A DNA stretch of 64,000 bases from an uncultured Eubacterium sp. (GCA_937966095.1 CALCKF010000101.1:4190-68189), one strand, 5' to 3'. Positions 8,308 to 18,244 are shown, numbered from the stretch's first letter. Program-made: numbers and translations. Notes: generated by a model from the letters alone, not told the origin.

Positions 8308-11300
8308 TTACATATCTTCAGATATTGCTTCTTTGCCTTTTCTTCTTTTAACAAATGCAATGATACCACCTGTCACAGCAGCCAATGCGATGAGTGATCC
8401 GATGAACAGCCATGTATTGGCAAACCATCTGACAAATATATTTGTGGATACTGTTATCGTATCGTTGAATTCATATGCCGGTTTAAATTCTTCTGACGAT
8501 GTATCCATAACATTCCCGGCCTTATCCTCCGCTACAAGCCTAACGTCCTGTTTGAGGCCGCCATGCACGATGAAATCATCGCTGCAATTACTCAAGTCAT
8601 CAAATTTATCGATGTTTTTTACCTTCTTGCCATCTACATATACTGTTACCTTATCCAGTCCTATTGCATCAAACACGTCGAACGTTACCTTTTGTTCATC
8701 AGCATTAACAATAGATTCTTCAAGTCCCTTTATGCTTGTAAATTCAGGAGCAACAGAATCGACGCGGAACATCGCATCCAGCTCCTCATAGTTGGATGTC
8801 TCCGGCTTATTCCCGACCTCATCTTCAGAGGCGACCGTTATGCTGTAAACTCCATCCTTAGCAAAATTTGAGGCAGCTATATCGTATTCATATTGATACC
8901 ATCCACTGCTTCCTATAGGCGCGCTGCTGTTGATCACCGGTGTAACGGAGTATTCAGGATTTTTCAAAGGTGTCCCGTCTTTTGTGATCTCCAGTTCAAG
9001 CGACCCCTCTACCAATCGATCCGGATTATACTCGGTTATTACAATATTCCGTGTAACTTGTTTAACATATTGATCCTGCAATGAAGACAGATATTCATTA
9101 TAATCATATACCGAACCGAATCTGTTCACTGTAAACGTAATACTCTTTTCTGAACGGTTGCCTGCTTTATCGACCATTGATACCGTTAATTTATATATGC
9201 CGTCGTTTTCCTGTATTTCCTCAAAGGTATTGCATGTAATAGTGCCTCCATGTCCATCTCTGGCCAATCCTCCGATATATTTGCTGGTCACATTGACATT
9301 CTGTTCATCTTTCCTCGTTCTGAGCAACACTATATCGTGACTGTCATAATTTACATCATCAAGATCGATCACAGGAATAACAGTGCCTTTGTATGAATTC
9401 CCGTCTTCAACCCCTGTTATAAATGGCTCGTTAATCTCAGTATCAATTGTAAACTGAGCGCCGGCAACGGTTCCGCTCACATAGCTCACGCCGTTATTTT
9501 TATTCCCGGCTTTGTCTTCCACTTCGATATTGAAGGTATAATCTCCGTCTGCTCTGTATGCTACAGTTGCTGTATGCGTATCTCCGCTGCTCCTTGCCCA
9601 ATTGATGTTCGGCTGACTTATATTGGCGCCGTCTAATGTCGCTCTTATATCAAAAGTAACTCTGTTGACATCAAAATTATGTTCCTGCACTGTAACAGTA
9701 GCAGTTCTCACTCTATCGAAGTACTTACCATTGGAAGCACTGTTATTATCATACCTGACAGATACTCTCGGATTTGTTTTATCAATGGTGAATACTGTTG
9801 TGGCTTTATTATCATCAGCATACTTTACATTATCATTTTCGTTTTCCGCTCTATCATTGACTTTTACGTCAAATGTATAATCTCCATCTTCTTTGAAGGT
9901 AACAGTAGTTTCATAACAATCTTCATCATTACCCTCGCCGCCTTTTATACCAGTTGCCTTCCATTTCAGAGCACCGAAATCATAAGCCTTCTTATCCTTT
10001 GTCACTGAAAGCGTAGTGTTTTCTGCATCATCAGGATCAAAATTTCGATCATATACTGTAATCGTTGCAGTTCTGTTTTTATTAAAGTATCCATTATTGT
10101 CTTCATCACCGCTGGCAGGATCATAGTCTACTTCTACAACAGGCTTCTCATTATCGATACCAAACGCATAATAATCATAGCTGATGTTACCGGAGTTATC
10201 GGTAAGTTCTACAAGAATAACCATATCGTTAGAACCTCCGGATACCTCAAAGTCCTTAAAAACAAGCTTACTTATCAGATTTCTGTCTTTTGTAGCTTCT
10301 GTTTTCACGTTATCGTCACTGGAAGAAATGTCTCCCTGTTTATTTACTGTAAGAGTATAGTCAAAAGTTCCCGGTACAGTGCTCTTTTCAGCTTCTGTTT
10401 CAAGGACTGCACACCGTATTTGAGCTATACCTGAATATTCGTCCTTGACACATATATCAAATTTTATCGTCCCGTTCTTTGATGCATACAAACTGACATC
10501 ATCTCCAGCACCTCCAAAATCTTCATATCCATTTTCAGACAGCCCGCCATTATTGACGTCGCGCTTTATCATGCTGTTCGGATACACGTATCCTGCAAAT
10601 TTCTTTGTCTGAGTAAAATCTGTTTCAGGCGCTGAAAACTGTATAGCTGACGTTTCTAAATGCTTTTCTTCATTTTCCCATATTATCCCTTGCGGATGCT
10701 TTACTTCTGTTTCTCCACGCGTATTGCCCAGTTCATCGATGGCATATGCCTCTATCTGACCTTTAAAGCCTTTGTCGATTTTGACAGTAATTTTATTATC
10801 CTTTACCTCTATATCCTGCCACCCTTCATCGCTGGTACCGTCTTTGTCGACAAGTCTATACACTATCCTTCCGCCCGCAACACCCGGCAAAGAAACCTCC
10901 TCCGTTGACTGTATATCATCGGATGTTATAGTCACTTCAACGGCTTCCTTAAAGAAGTATCCATATTTCGTTTCTTTCAATGGAGCTGATTCTTCTGTCA
11001 TAATTTCTGCTTTATCCATGCCTTCAGTTTCATATGAAAAGCTAACGGTAGGGGCATATTTATCTGTTGCGAACTTCCAGTCGTTATTACCTTCACTGTC
11101 TCGATTATTTCTGTTGACATCTATCCAATCAGTCAGATTTCCTTCATCGTCCTGAAATACCACATAATATTCTCCATTGATATTTGTCTTAGTCTCTTCT
11201 GTTGCAAGGGTTTCCGAGTTCCATGTTATACTGTCATCCTGTGAAGCCTCAATTACTGACTTTTCAGCCATTTCATCAGTACGCTTCAATAACTTGACAT

Positions 11301-12642
11301 TGTGATCTGTTGTCGAAATCTCAAAAGTGCCGTTGCTGTACCACTTACCATTCCTTTTAACATTTTCCGTACCATTTGATGAAAGTATTATATCTACATC
11401 GTCATAGACGACCTCAACAGTATATGTTGCTTCCTTGCCGTCATACGGGGAAACCGGTTTTGCCGTTACTGTTATTTTTCCGGCGCTTTCATATGTAACT
11501 ATTCCGGTATCCTTGTCGATAGCGGCACCTGTTTTTCCTTCAGTCTCAGCACTTAATGCATATTCCACATTAACACCGTCAGTTGCAGATGTTGCCGGAT
11601 ATTGAAATGTATTATTTTTATTGACTGTGATCCTCTCAGGGATACCACTAAACGCAAGATCATTTACTTCAATTGCAGCGATTACCAGTTTATACTCTGC
11701 CGTCGCCGCATAATTCCCGCCTGACATAAACGCTTCTATCGTCACCTCTCCAGGTGATGTATATGTCAATATCTTATTCGCCGGATCAACTTCAGCCCCG
11801 GCAGTATTTGCACTGTTATCTTTGACTTTGTAGCTTATATTGGTAACATTCAGGTTTTTGTCATTTACAGTTACTTCTTGAAGTGTTATCTGTTGGCTTG
11901 TTATGTTATATTCCTTTTTTTGGGTCGTTTCTGCGAATGACAACCCGTTATCAATTTTCTGCTGCGCAATGCTTGCTTTTACACTGTCTGCGTACGTTTC
12001 ATATCCATCTTTCGTGGCTTTGAAATATATGTTATAATCACCGGCGTTTGTCCCCTGTGGTACATCATCGCTGAAAGTGCCATCTTCATTCAGAGAATAT
12101 TTAATGCTCCATCCGGATTCCTGAGAATCGTTAAGCAGATCCTGTGCTCCACCGGTGTATTCCAGATCGCTTTTCACGCAGCCGTTGATGTGAGCTTTTA
12201 TTTCATTTTTATCTGCTTCGTCAAGTACTGCTTCTTTTCCCAATGAAATGGCGATCCATCCCACCTGCTGATTGGCCCAGCTTTGACTGACAGATATAAC
12301 GTCCTGCTCGTATTTGACATTTCCACTTGCTGTGGCCTCATTGTTTTTATTACCGTTTACATATACATTGATCTGCGAAGTGTCTTCCACACCTTCTACC
12401 TTTATCCGATACGAATAATTCTCACTATCCTGAGCAGTGGCCTCGGTCACTCCGTGAATATAGAATTTCACCGACTCACCGGGTCCTGCGTTGACACCAG
12501 TTTCTGTTATTTCCAATTCCTGTGGGTTCTTTTCCGCCGCCTGTACAATTTCCATCGCGCTGAATGGTATCGTTGTAAATACCAGGGCCGCACAAATTAA
12601 CAAAGTGATAAATTTCGGGACTGCTCTGCCTTTCAAAACCAT
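8308..12642 (-). CDS. Giant Ig-like-repeat cell-surface protein (signal peptide and C-terminal TM anchor)
   Basis: The ORF is open to 12711 (1467 aa), but the ATG at 12642 has a GAGAGG RBS and begins MVLKGRAVPKFITLLICAALVFTTIPFS (signal peptide). It has many repeated beta-rich modules ending in D.AGN-type motifs (EDKAGNKN, VDKAGNRS, EDKAGNVM, DELGNT, DRAENEN). The C-terminus is WLFIGSLIALAAVTGGIIAFVKRRKGK, with no LPXTG. Confidence 0.7.
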   Translation of the reverse strand: MVLKGRAVPKFITLLICAALVFTTIPFSAMEIVQAAEKNPQELEITETGVNAGPGESVKFYIHGVTEATAQDSENYSYRIKVEGVEDTSQINVYVNGNKNNEATASGNVKYEQDVISVSQSWANQQVGWIAISLGKEAVLDEADKNEIKAHINGCVKSDLEYTGGAQDLLNDSQESGWSIKYSLNEDGTFSDDVPQGTNAGDYNIYFKATKDGYETYADSVKASIAQQKIDNGLSFAETTQKKEYNITSQQITLQEVTVNDKNLNVTNISYKVKDNSANTAGAEVDPANKILTYTSPGEVTIEAFMSGGNYAATAEYKLVIAAIEVNDLAFSGIPERITVNKNNTFQYPATSATDGVNVEYALSAETEGKTGAAIDKDTGIVTYESAGKITVTAKPVSPYDGKEATYTVEVVYDDVDIILSSNGTENVKRNGKWYSNGTFEISTTDHNVKLLKRTDEMAEKSVIEASQDDSITWNSETLATEETKTNINGEYYVVFQDDEGNLTDWIDVNRNNRDSEGNNDWKFATDKYAPTVSFSYETEGMDKAEIMTEESAPLKETKYGYFFKEAVEVTITSDDIQSTEEVSLPGVAGGRIVYRLVDKDGTSDEGWQDIEVKDNKITVKIDKGFKGQIEAYAIDELGNTRGETEVKHPQGIIWENEEKHLETSAIQFSAPETDFTQTKKFAGYVYPNSMIKRDVNNGGLSENGYEDFGGAGDDVSLYASKNGTIKFDICVKDEYSGIAQIRCAVLETEAEKSTVPGTFDYTLTVNKQGDISSSDDNVKTEATKDRNLISKLVFKDFEVSGGSNDMVILVELTDNSGNISYDYYAFGIDNEKPVVEVDYDPASGDEDNNGYFNKNRTATITVYDRNFDPDDAENTTLSVTKDKKAYDFGALKWKATGIKGGEGNDEDCYETTVTFKEDGDYTFDVKVNDRAENENDNVKYADDNKATTVFTIDKTNPRVSVRYDNNSASNGKYFDRVRTATVTVQEHNFDVNRVTFDIRATLDGANISQPNINWARSSGDTHTATVAYRADGDYTFNIEVEDKAGNKNNGVSYVSGTVAGAQFTIDTEINEPFITGVEDGNSYKGTVIPVIDLDDVNYDSHDIVLLRTRKDEQNVNVTSKYIGGLARDGHGGTITCNTFEEIQENDGIYKLTVSMVDKAGNRSEKSITFTVNRFGSVYDYNEYLSSLQDQYVKQVTRNIVITEYNPDRLVEGSLELEITKDGTPLKNPEYSVTPVINSSAPIGSSGWYQYEYDIAASNFAKDGVYSITVASEDEVGNKPETSNYEELDAMFRVDSVAPEFTSIKGLEESIVNADEQKVTFDVFDAIGLDKVTVYVDGKKVKNIDKFDDLSNCSDDFIVHGGLKQDVRLVAEDKAGNVMDTSSEEFKPAYEFNDTITVSTNIFVRWFANTWLFIGSLIALAAVTGGIIAFVKRRKGKEAISEDM

Positions 12643-12697
12643 TGTTACCTCTCTTTCTGTTTCATTCCCTGTAAATGTAACTGCCAAACGATTTTCA

Positions 12698-13237
12698 TTA
12701 TATTTTTTCATCAGTATGTACTTTTATTATTTCCTGTATTATTTTCAGCTTACCTTTATCAGGTGATGATGCTGTCAGCTGCTCTGTTTCCATATCGCCG
12801 GTGCTGTTTGCCAGTTCCGCCGTCGTCTGCAAGCTCCCATCCTCTATGGTGCAGGCCTCTTTATCCGAAGTCTGAGCCATTGCTGCCTCCGCCAGCTCTT
12901 CTGTAGTAAGCACGTCTGTTGCGTTAAAGTCAATATGCTCGAGCTTTTCAGTAGGTGTTCCTGAGAGCTTTTCCTTAGGAGGGCTTTCTTTCACCTTTTC
13001 TATTTCTTCTGTGATTTTTCCTCTCCTGTAAGCGTCTACCGTAGCTCGATGTATTTTTATTCCGCTCTTCTCATTATCCCTTCTGAGCTGAGCTATCGAC
13101 CTCCGTGCTGTCTTACCGCTCAGATCGTTGATAATATCAAGTATTTTAAACTTAAACCATAAATAAGCTGTTGCTCCCATTCCCAGTATCGCCAGAGAAA
13201 AGCTAATAATGGCAATCAAGTTATATGCCTGGGTCAT
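12698..13237 (-). CDS. Small membrane protein (N-terminal TM, acidic low-complexity tail)
   Basis: 179 aa with TM helix LIAIISFSLAILGMGATAYLWF. Overlaps the kinase gene's 3' end by 17 nt, which suggests translational coupling. I do not recognise the family. Confidence 0.45.
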   Translation of the reverse strand: MTQAYNLIAIISFSLAILGMGATAYLWFKFKILDIINDLSGKTARRSIAQLRRDNEKSGIKIHRATVDAYRRGKITEEIEKVKESPPKEKLSGTPTEKLEHIDFNATDVLTTEELAEAAMAQTSDKEACTIEDGSLQTTAELANSTGDMETEQLTASSPDKGKLKIIQEIIKVHTDEKI

Positions 13238-14948
13238 ACGCTTCTCTCCTTTCTTCTGTATTAAGATATATACGTTCTACATTTTCGATATAGTCACTGC
13301 ATGAGCTTATAACTTCTTCCTGTATCTCTATTGATGCTTGCTGCGTAACGAATATATCCTGAGCGCCCTTTTTTATTGTATTGAGAGTTTCCTGCACTTC
13401 ACTTTGCAGAATCCCTGTAGTAGCAAACCCTTTTCTGTGGTTATTGATAAGATTTGCCAGTTCTCTGTACATCACCAGTTTAATGTAATTGGAATCATCA
13501 GACTCGTAGCCTTCCACATTTTCTATGCAGGTATTGATGGCATCGAGCAAATTCTCATAAGCTTCACGATCCGGCTCCCTTACGCTTGTGGCATTGATGA
13601 CATACTGCGAGTAAAAATCGCCTATCATATCGTAGCTCCGTGCTACATTATAATATTTATAGCCTTTATCGCCTGTCTCTGTAATCGACTCAAAATACGG
13701 CGCAGCTTTCAATATTCTTGTTCTGAAAGAGTCATCACCTCCGGAATACAGGTACAGGTAGGTACTCCCTGCCTTATACGCCAGCTGCTTATAGTCATCT
13801 TCAGTTTTATCGAATTTATCTTGATTCTGGTTATATTTTGTCGTAAATTGATTACTCTCCCGGTCTCCGAAACTTCCATTCTGTTCAAATGCGTCCAGTA
13901 GCTTTATGTATGCTCTGACATCCCCTCCATATATATCGATAGCCTCAAGATACGTATTTACCTTTGTCTCATATGGAGTGGATTCCGATATATTTATTTT
14001 TTCCTCATAATTTCTGCTGTTTTCAAAATGCATCAGCAACAGGGATAAGCCTCCGATCAGAGCAAGGCATATTGTCGCTGCGGCTGCTATAATGAAATTT
14101 TTTAATTTTTTCTTTTGACTGTTCCTGTATTCTTCTCCGATATGCTTATAATTGTTCAGATCATAGAGCAATTCATTACAATTGGAATATCTGTCATCCG
14201 GATCTATAGCTGTACATTTGTCAATTATGTACTCTATCCCTTCATGGATTTCAGGGTTCCACTGTCTGACAGGAAAGTATTCATAGTCATTTCCTCTTGG
14301 ATCGACTCCTGTAAGCAAGTGGTGCATAGTCATGCCCAGTGCATATATATCTGATCTCGCGTCAGTCTGCCTGGAGCCATATTGCTCAGGCGGCGCATAT
14401 CCCTTTGTTCCCAGAATAGTTGTATCCGCAAGATTTTTTTCTTTATATTCCCTTGCAATTCCGAAATCAATTATCTTTATATTGCCTTCCGGCTTGAGCA
14501 TCACATTGGCCGGTTTCATATCCCTGTAAATTATCGGGGGACTTTGGGAATGCAGGTATGATAACGCATCACATATCTGCATCGCCCAATCTATTACAGA
14601 CTCCTGTGGCTGTGTTCCATATTCCTTTAATATTTTATCCAGAGATTCACCTTCCACATAATCCATCACGATATACAAGGTCTCTCCGTTATCTATGATA
14701 TCTACGATTCTCGGCAATGCAGGATGATCAAGCCGCTTCATCAAATTAGTTTCAGCTATCAGGCTATTTATTACGACTTCATCATTTCGGCCATTCCCTG
14801 TTTTTTTAACTTCTTTAACCGCCCACTGCTTATTCAGTCTTCTGTCCATAGCCAGGTAAACTATCGACATACCGCCTCTGCCAATTTCTTTTAAGACTTC
14901 ATATTTATCATCTATAATTGTGCCTATTTGTGTGGCCATTATTTTCAC
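13221..14948 (-). CDS. Hanks-type Ser/Thr protein kinase, membrane-anchored, with a non-PASTA extracellular domain
   Basis: G-loop GRGGMSIVY, Lys in WAVKEV, catalytic loop YRDMKPANVML, DFGIA and GTKGYAPPEQ are all intact. TM helix FIIAAAATICLALIGGLSLLLM is followed by an approximately 270-aa helical ectodomain. Confidence 0.9.
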   Translation of the reverse strand: MKIMATQIGTIIDDKYEVLKEIGRGGMSIVYLAMDRRLNKQWAVKEVKKTGNGRNDEVVINSLIAETNLMKRLDHPALPRIVDIIDNGETLYIVMDYVEGESLDKILKEYGTQPQESVIDWAMQICDALSYLHSQSPPIIYRDMKPANVMLKPEGNIKIIDFGIAREYKEKNLADTTILGTKGYAPPEQYGSRQTDARSDIYALGMTMHHLLTGVDPRGNDYEYFPVRQWNPEIHEGIEYIIDKCTAIDPDDRYSNCNELLYDLNNYKHIGEEYRNSQKKKLKNFIIAAAATICLALIGGLSLLLMHFENSRNYEEKINISESTPYETKVNTYLEAIDIYGGDVRAYIKLLDAFEQNGSFGDRESNQFTTKYNQNQDKFDKTEDDYKQLAYKAGSTYLYLYSGGDDSFRTRILKAAPYFESITETGDKGYKYYNVARSYDMIGDFYSQYVINATSVREPDREAYENLLDAINTCIENVEGYESDDSNYIKLVMYRELANLINNHRKGFATTGILQSEVQETLNTIKKGAQDIFVTQQASIEIQEEVISSCSDYIENVERIYLNTEERREAYDPGI

Positions 14949-14949
14949 C

Positions 14950-15717
14950 CTACATACACTTCAATACCACAGCAGTGATATTGTCCCGTTCATTTCTTGA
15001 TTTTATGATTTCGATCAATTCATTTTCTCTTCTGTATATATCGGCAACATCGCCTAAAGTCCCCGGAGCCAGCGCATCATACATTTCTTTTTCATCGAGC
15101 AAATGTCTGAATCCATCTGAACATAAAAGAAATACAGTGTTCTTGGCTATCGTGCCTAATTCAATCTGGGGCTCAACGTTTTTCGATGCGCCGACACACT
15201 GTAAAAGGACTCCTCTCCGTGGATCATTTTCTGCTTCCTCTCTAGTCAGCCTCCCCTGCTCAATCTCCCTTTGCATCAAAGAATGGTCTTTTGTAATCTG
15301 TCTTACGGTGTCCGTGATCTCATATATTCTGCTATCTCCTACATGTGCGAACATATATTTATCATCTATTATCAATATTCCGCTCACTGTAGTTCCAATG
15401 TTCTCATTTTTCATCCTGCCGAATTCTTTTATCAGATCGTTCTGCTCACGCAGAAGATGATTCCATTGACCTCCGAACTCCTGCAATGTAATGGAATCGT
15501 AATCTGCAGACAGATCCTCATCAAACCACTTTATTAACCGTCTGATAACCGTGGCGCTTGCAAGCTCTCCTCGGGCCAACCCGCCCATTCCGTCACAAAC
15601 CACAGCCATTGCTATGACTCTTCCATCGGGTGTTTCGGCTATTTTAAGACATGCACTGTCTTCATTTGTTGTTTTGACTATTCCTCTATCTGTTGCTACT
15701 GCTCCTACACACTTCAT
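14950..15717 (-). CDS. PP2C-family Ser/Thr phosphatase
   Basis: Motifs VCDGMGG, VGDSRIY, LLCSDGF and DNITAVV are present. Starts 1 nt after... strictly, its stop lies 1 nt upstream of the kinase start, so the two look translationally coupled. Confidence 0.9.
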   Translation of the reverse strand: MKCVGAVATDRGIVKTTNEDSACLKIAETPDGRVIAMAVVCDGMGGLARGELASATVIRRLIKWFDEDLSADYDSITLQEFGGQWNHLLREQNDLIKEFGRMKNENIGTTVSGILIIDDKYMFAHVGDSRIYEITDTVRQITKDHSLMQREIEQGRLTREEAENDPRRGVLLQCVGASKNVEPQIELGTIAKNTVFLLCSDGFRHLLDEKEMYDALAPGTLGDVADIYRRENELIEIIKSRNERDNITAVVLKCM

Positions 15718-15730
15718 GGTTGTCTTTCTT

Positions 15731-16753
15731 TCATTTACCTTTCTCTACATGGAATGTAAACCTTTCATTTGCCAGCATTATTGAATCCTCATCGTAGATT
15801 TTCATCCTGTTGCCTGCTTTTATTTCCTTCCCATTGACAAATGTTCCGTTTGTGGAATTATTATCTTTAATGTAAAATGTTTCTCCGTCTGTTATGATAT
15901 CTGCATGTATCCTGCTCACTGCGTTATTGTTATTTACGAAACAGTCTACATAACTCCTTTCCTTGCCTATCCTGAACACGGGTTTATCTATTTCGATCCG
16001 TTCCTGTGTACTCAATCTGATGAGGTGGGCTCTCACATTATTTTCATTAAAGGGGGATTCATTATATGGATTATCTTTATCCAACAGAGAGGTCCCTGAT
16101 AGTATCGAGGTTTTCCCCTCTTCCTCCAGCATCGTAGTTTTCCAGTTTTCGTTTTCAATATTATAATTATTTTTCTGGTTCCCATGACTTTCATTGCTCA
16201 ATTCCGGTTCTATTCTCAACAGGCATTTTTCAAATTCATCTGAAGAATATGACCGTTGAGAATTTATAAAATCAGATATTACATTTATAAAATATCTGTT
16301 TTCCTCTCTAAATAGATTTACCACTGAAAGCATATATGCAAAAAAAGCAAAAATATCATTATGCTTATAATTTCCATATATTGGCTGGTATATGAAAGCA
16401 AGTCTCTTAGTTGCTTCATTAAAAAAAACAAAATTATGATCCAGCGTCAATTTATTGATATCAAAATTTTCTGCGCTTAACTTTTTTGTTACATATACTG
16501 TCTGCATAAGCAAATCAAGGAATCGTTTTCTACTCATCTGCTGACCTATATATTGAGCCAACGTAACATGTCCTGAAACAATATATAAAAGGTTTCTTTT
16601 ATTTGTTAAAGTTGGGATAATTAACCCATCGGCAGAACATCCTGTCAATATGTGAAGCTCATTTTTATCTATAATCTCCCCTCTCATCAATTTGACCTTC
16701 ACTACTTTTTTATATTCATTGTTAATAATTTTGAATTTAGCCATACAATACAT
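15731..16753 (-). CDS. FHA-domain protein, paralogue of 7358..8281
   Basis: The C-terminus IGKERSYVDCFVNNNNAVSRIHADII...STNGTFVNG is a canonical FHA. The N-terminal domain shares the layout and motifs of the other FHA protein (LTLDHNFVFFNEATKRLAFIYQP versus NNLDISFNRLYVNVKTYEIHLIYLP). The start could be the ATG at 16744. Confidence 0.8.
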   Translation of the reverse strand: MYCMAKFKIINNEYKKVVKVKLMRGEIIDKNELHILTGCSADGLIIPTLTNKRNLLYIVSGHVTLAQYIGQQMSRKRFLDLLMQTVYVTKKLSAENFDINKLTLDHNFVFFNEATKRLAFIYQPIYGNYKHNDIFAFFAYMLSVVNLFREENRYFINVISDFINSQRSYSSDEFEKCLLRIEPELSNESHGNQKNNYNIENENWKTTMLEEEGKTSILSGTSLLDKDNPYNESPFNENNVRAHLIRLSTQERIEIDKPVFRIGKERSYVDCFVNNNNAVSRIHADIITDGETFYIKDNNSTNGTFVNGKEIKAGNRMKIYDEDSIMLANERFTFHVEKGK

Positions 16754-16888
16754 CCATAAATTGATTTACAACTTACATATTACATATTTTTTACTTTTTT
16801 TTATTTTACTCTATCATTTTTACACTATGACACATATTGTATGAATCAGATCGTTTTTTGTAATTTTTAGTCAAACTATGTTCTAACT

Positions 16889-16933
16889 AAAAAACTCCAG
16901 ACTGTATTTCCTTCTTCAGTCCGGAGTTTTTTG
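16889..16933 (-). terminator. Rho-independent terminator after the 425-aa kinase-like gene
   Basis: Hairpin ACTCCAGAC / GTCCGGAGT (one mismatch) flanked by an A-run and a T-run, so it reads as stem plus T-tract on both strands. Confidence 0.5.
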
Positions 16934-16966
16934 TTACTATGTTCAAATATTCCTTTTCAGTTTAAC

Positions 16967-18244
16967 CTATATCTCTATTTCCAATAAGGCGTTCTTGTTT
17001 TCTCTATTCCACTTTATATTTCCTTTATTTATTTCAACTATATCTTTGATAAGTATATACATATCGCTTCTCTTTATGAGCAGGGCTTTAAGTTTTGATA
17101 TTCTGAATTCAATGGATATTTTCGTATGTATCGGTGAGCCAGCTGCTGACGTCTCTTTTTCACAAGTAATATTCTCGATTTTTGCTTTTCCTAATACAGT
17201 TCTGTATCTTGTTGAAATATCGGATATGTACCTGAAGATCTCATATTTTTCCCGGTCGGATAATTCTCCGCTCCTTATGCTTCTCCATGCCAGCTGCTTT
17301 TCTACGTTATTGTTTATGCGCTCACATATGTCAACCAGATGAGACCTGTATTCTTCATTTTTTACACTTCTGATTTCATTTTGAGAAGAAGTAAGTACAA
17401 TGATATGATTAGCAATATCGTGCTTCAGTTCCCTGATATTTCTGCTGATATCAGCAACAGACCTGTAATACTCCCTCTGCAGTTCTGTTTCCATAATGAT
17501 TATTCTCTCGTATTGCTTTCTGCTCTTTGACATCATTAAAATTGCAGCACCGATACCTATCATAAGTATCACAAGAAATATAGCATACGATATCATAGAC
17601 TCCATATTTATTCTGTCATATTTTTCCTGTATCTCAGCTATAAACTCCGCATTCAGAACTGAAACGGTTATTTTAACTATATACGTAATAAAAGATACTC
17701 CTAATATGACTATGCATATTTTATCCGGTATCTTTTTTATGAGCATGTCTACTTTTTTATTTACCGCATAAGTTATAACCAGTACGAGTAACAGCTGGAT
17801 CCAGTTCTCCAGTATTATAGGATATTGATCAAGAGATTCAATATTATATATCGATCCCTGTATCTGTTCCGGTTCAAACAGCAGATGCATCAGATTCATT
17901 ATAATAAGTCCATATGTCAGGGTCGTCAATACATCATAATACAGGAATATCTTAATAAAATTTCTAGGAAGAAATCCTTCTGCATATATACCTATCACAG
18001 TAATAGTAACGAATGTATATATCATATGACAGATATTGTAAATAAGTATATCTGATTTGGCCTGAGATACTATTGCTATTGTTCCCAGATGATATTCGAG
18101 AGTCAGGAACAATACCGTATATATAAAAACTATTACAGCACATTGCCTGCGTTTTTCATTTACTTTATAAAGTTTCATTATCAGGAATTCCTGAAATACA
18201 GTATAAACTGTGATATAAGTAAAAAAACAAAGAACTGTTGCCAT
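16967..18244 (-). CDS. AgrC/HPK10-like polytopic sensor with H-box but a degenerate ATPase domain
   Basis: 425 aa with about 6-7 TM helices, then RELKHDIANHIIVL (H-box). I found no N-box (DNAxE) or GxGxG G-box in the C-terminal 130 aa. Confidence 0.6.
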   Translation of the reverse strand: MATVLCFFTYITVYTVFQEFLIMKLYKVNEKRRQCAVIVFIYTVLFLTLEYHLGTIAIVSQAKSDILIYNICHMIYTFVTITVIGIYAEGFLPRNFIKIFLYYDVLTTLTYGLIIMNLMHLLFEPEQIQGSIYNIESLDQYPIILENWIQLLLVLVITYAVNKKVDMLIKKIPDKICIVILGVSFITYIVKITVSVLNAEFIAEIQEKYDRINMESMISYAIFLVILMIGIGAAILMMSKSRKQYERIIIMETELQREYYRSVADISRNIRELKHDIANHIIVLTSSQNEIRSVKNEEYRSHLVDICERINNNVEKQLAWRSIRSGELSDREKYEIFRYISDISTRYRTVLGKAKIENITCEKETSAAGSPIHTKISIEFRISKLKALLIKRSDMYILIKDIVEINKGNIKWNRENKNALLEIEI

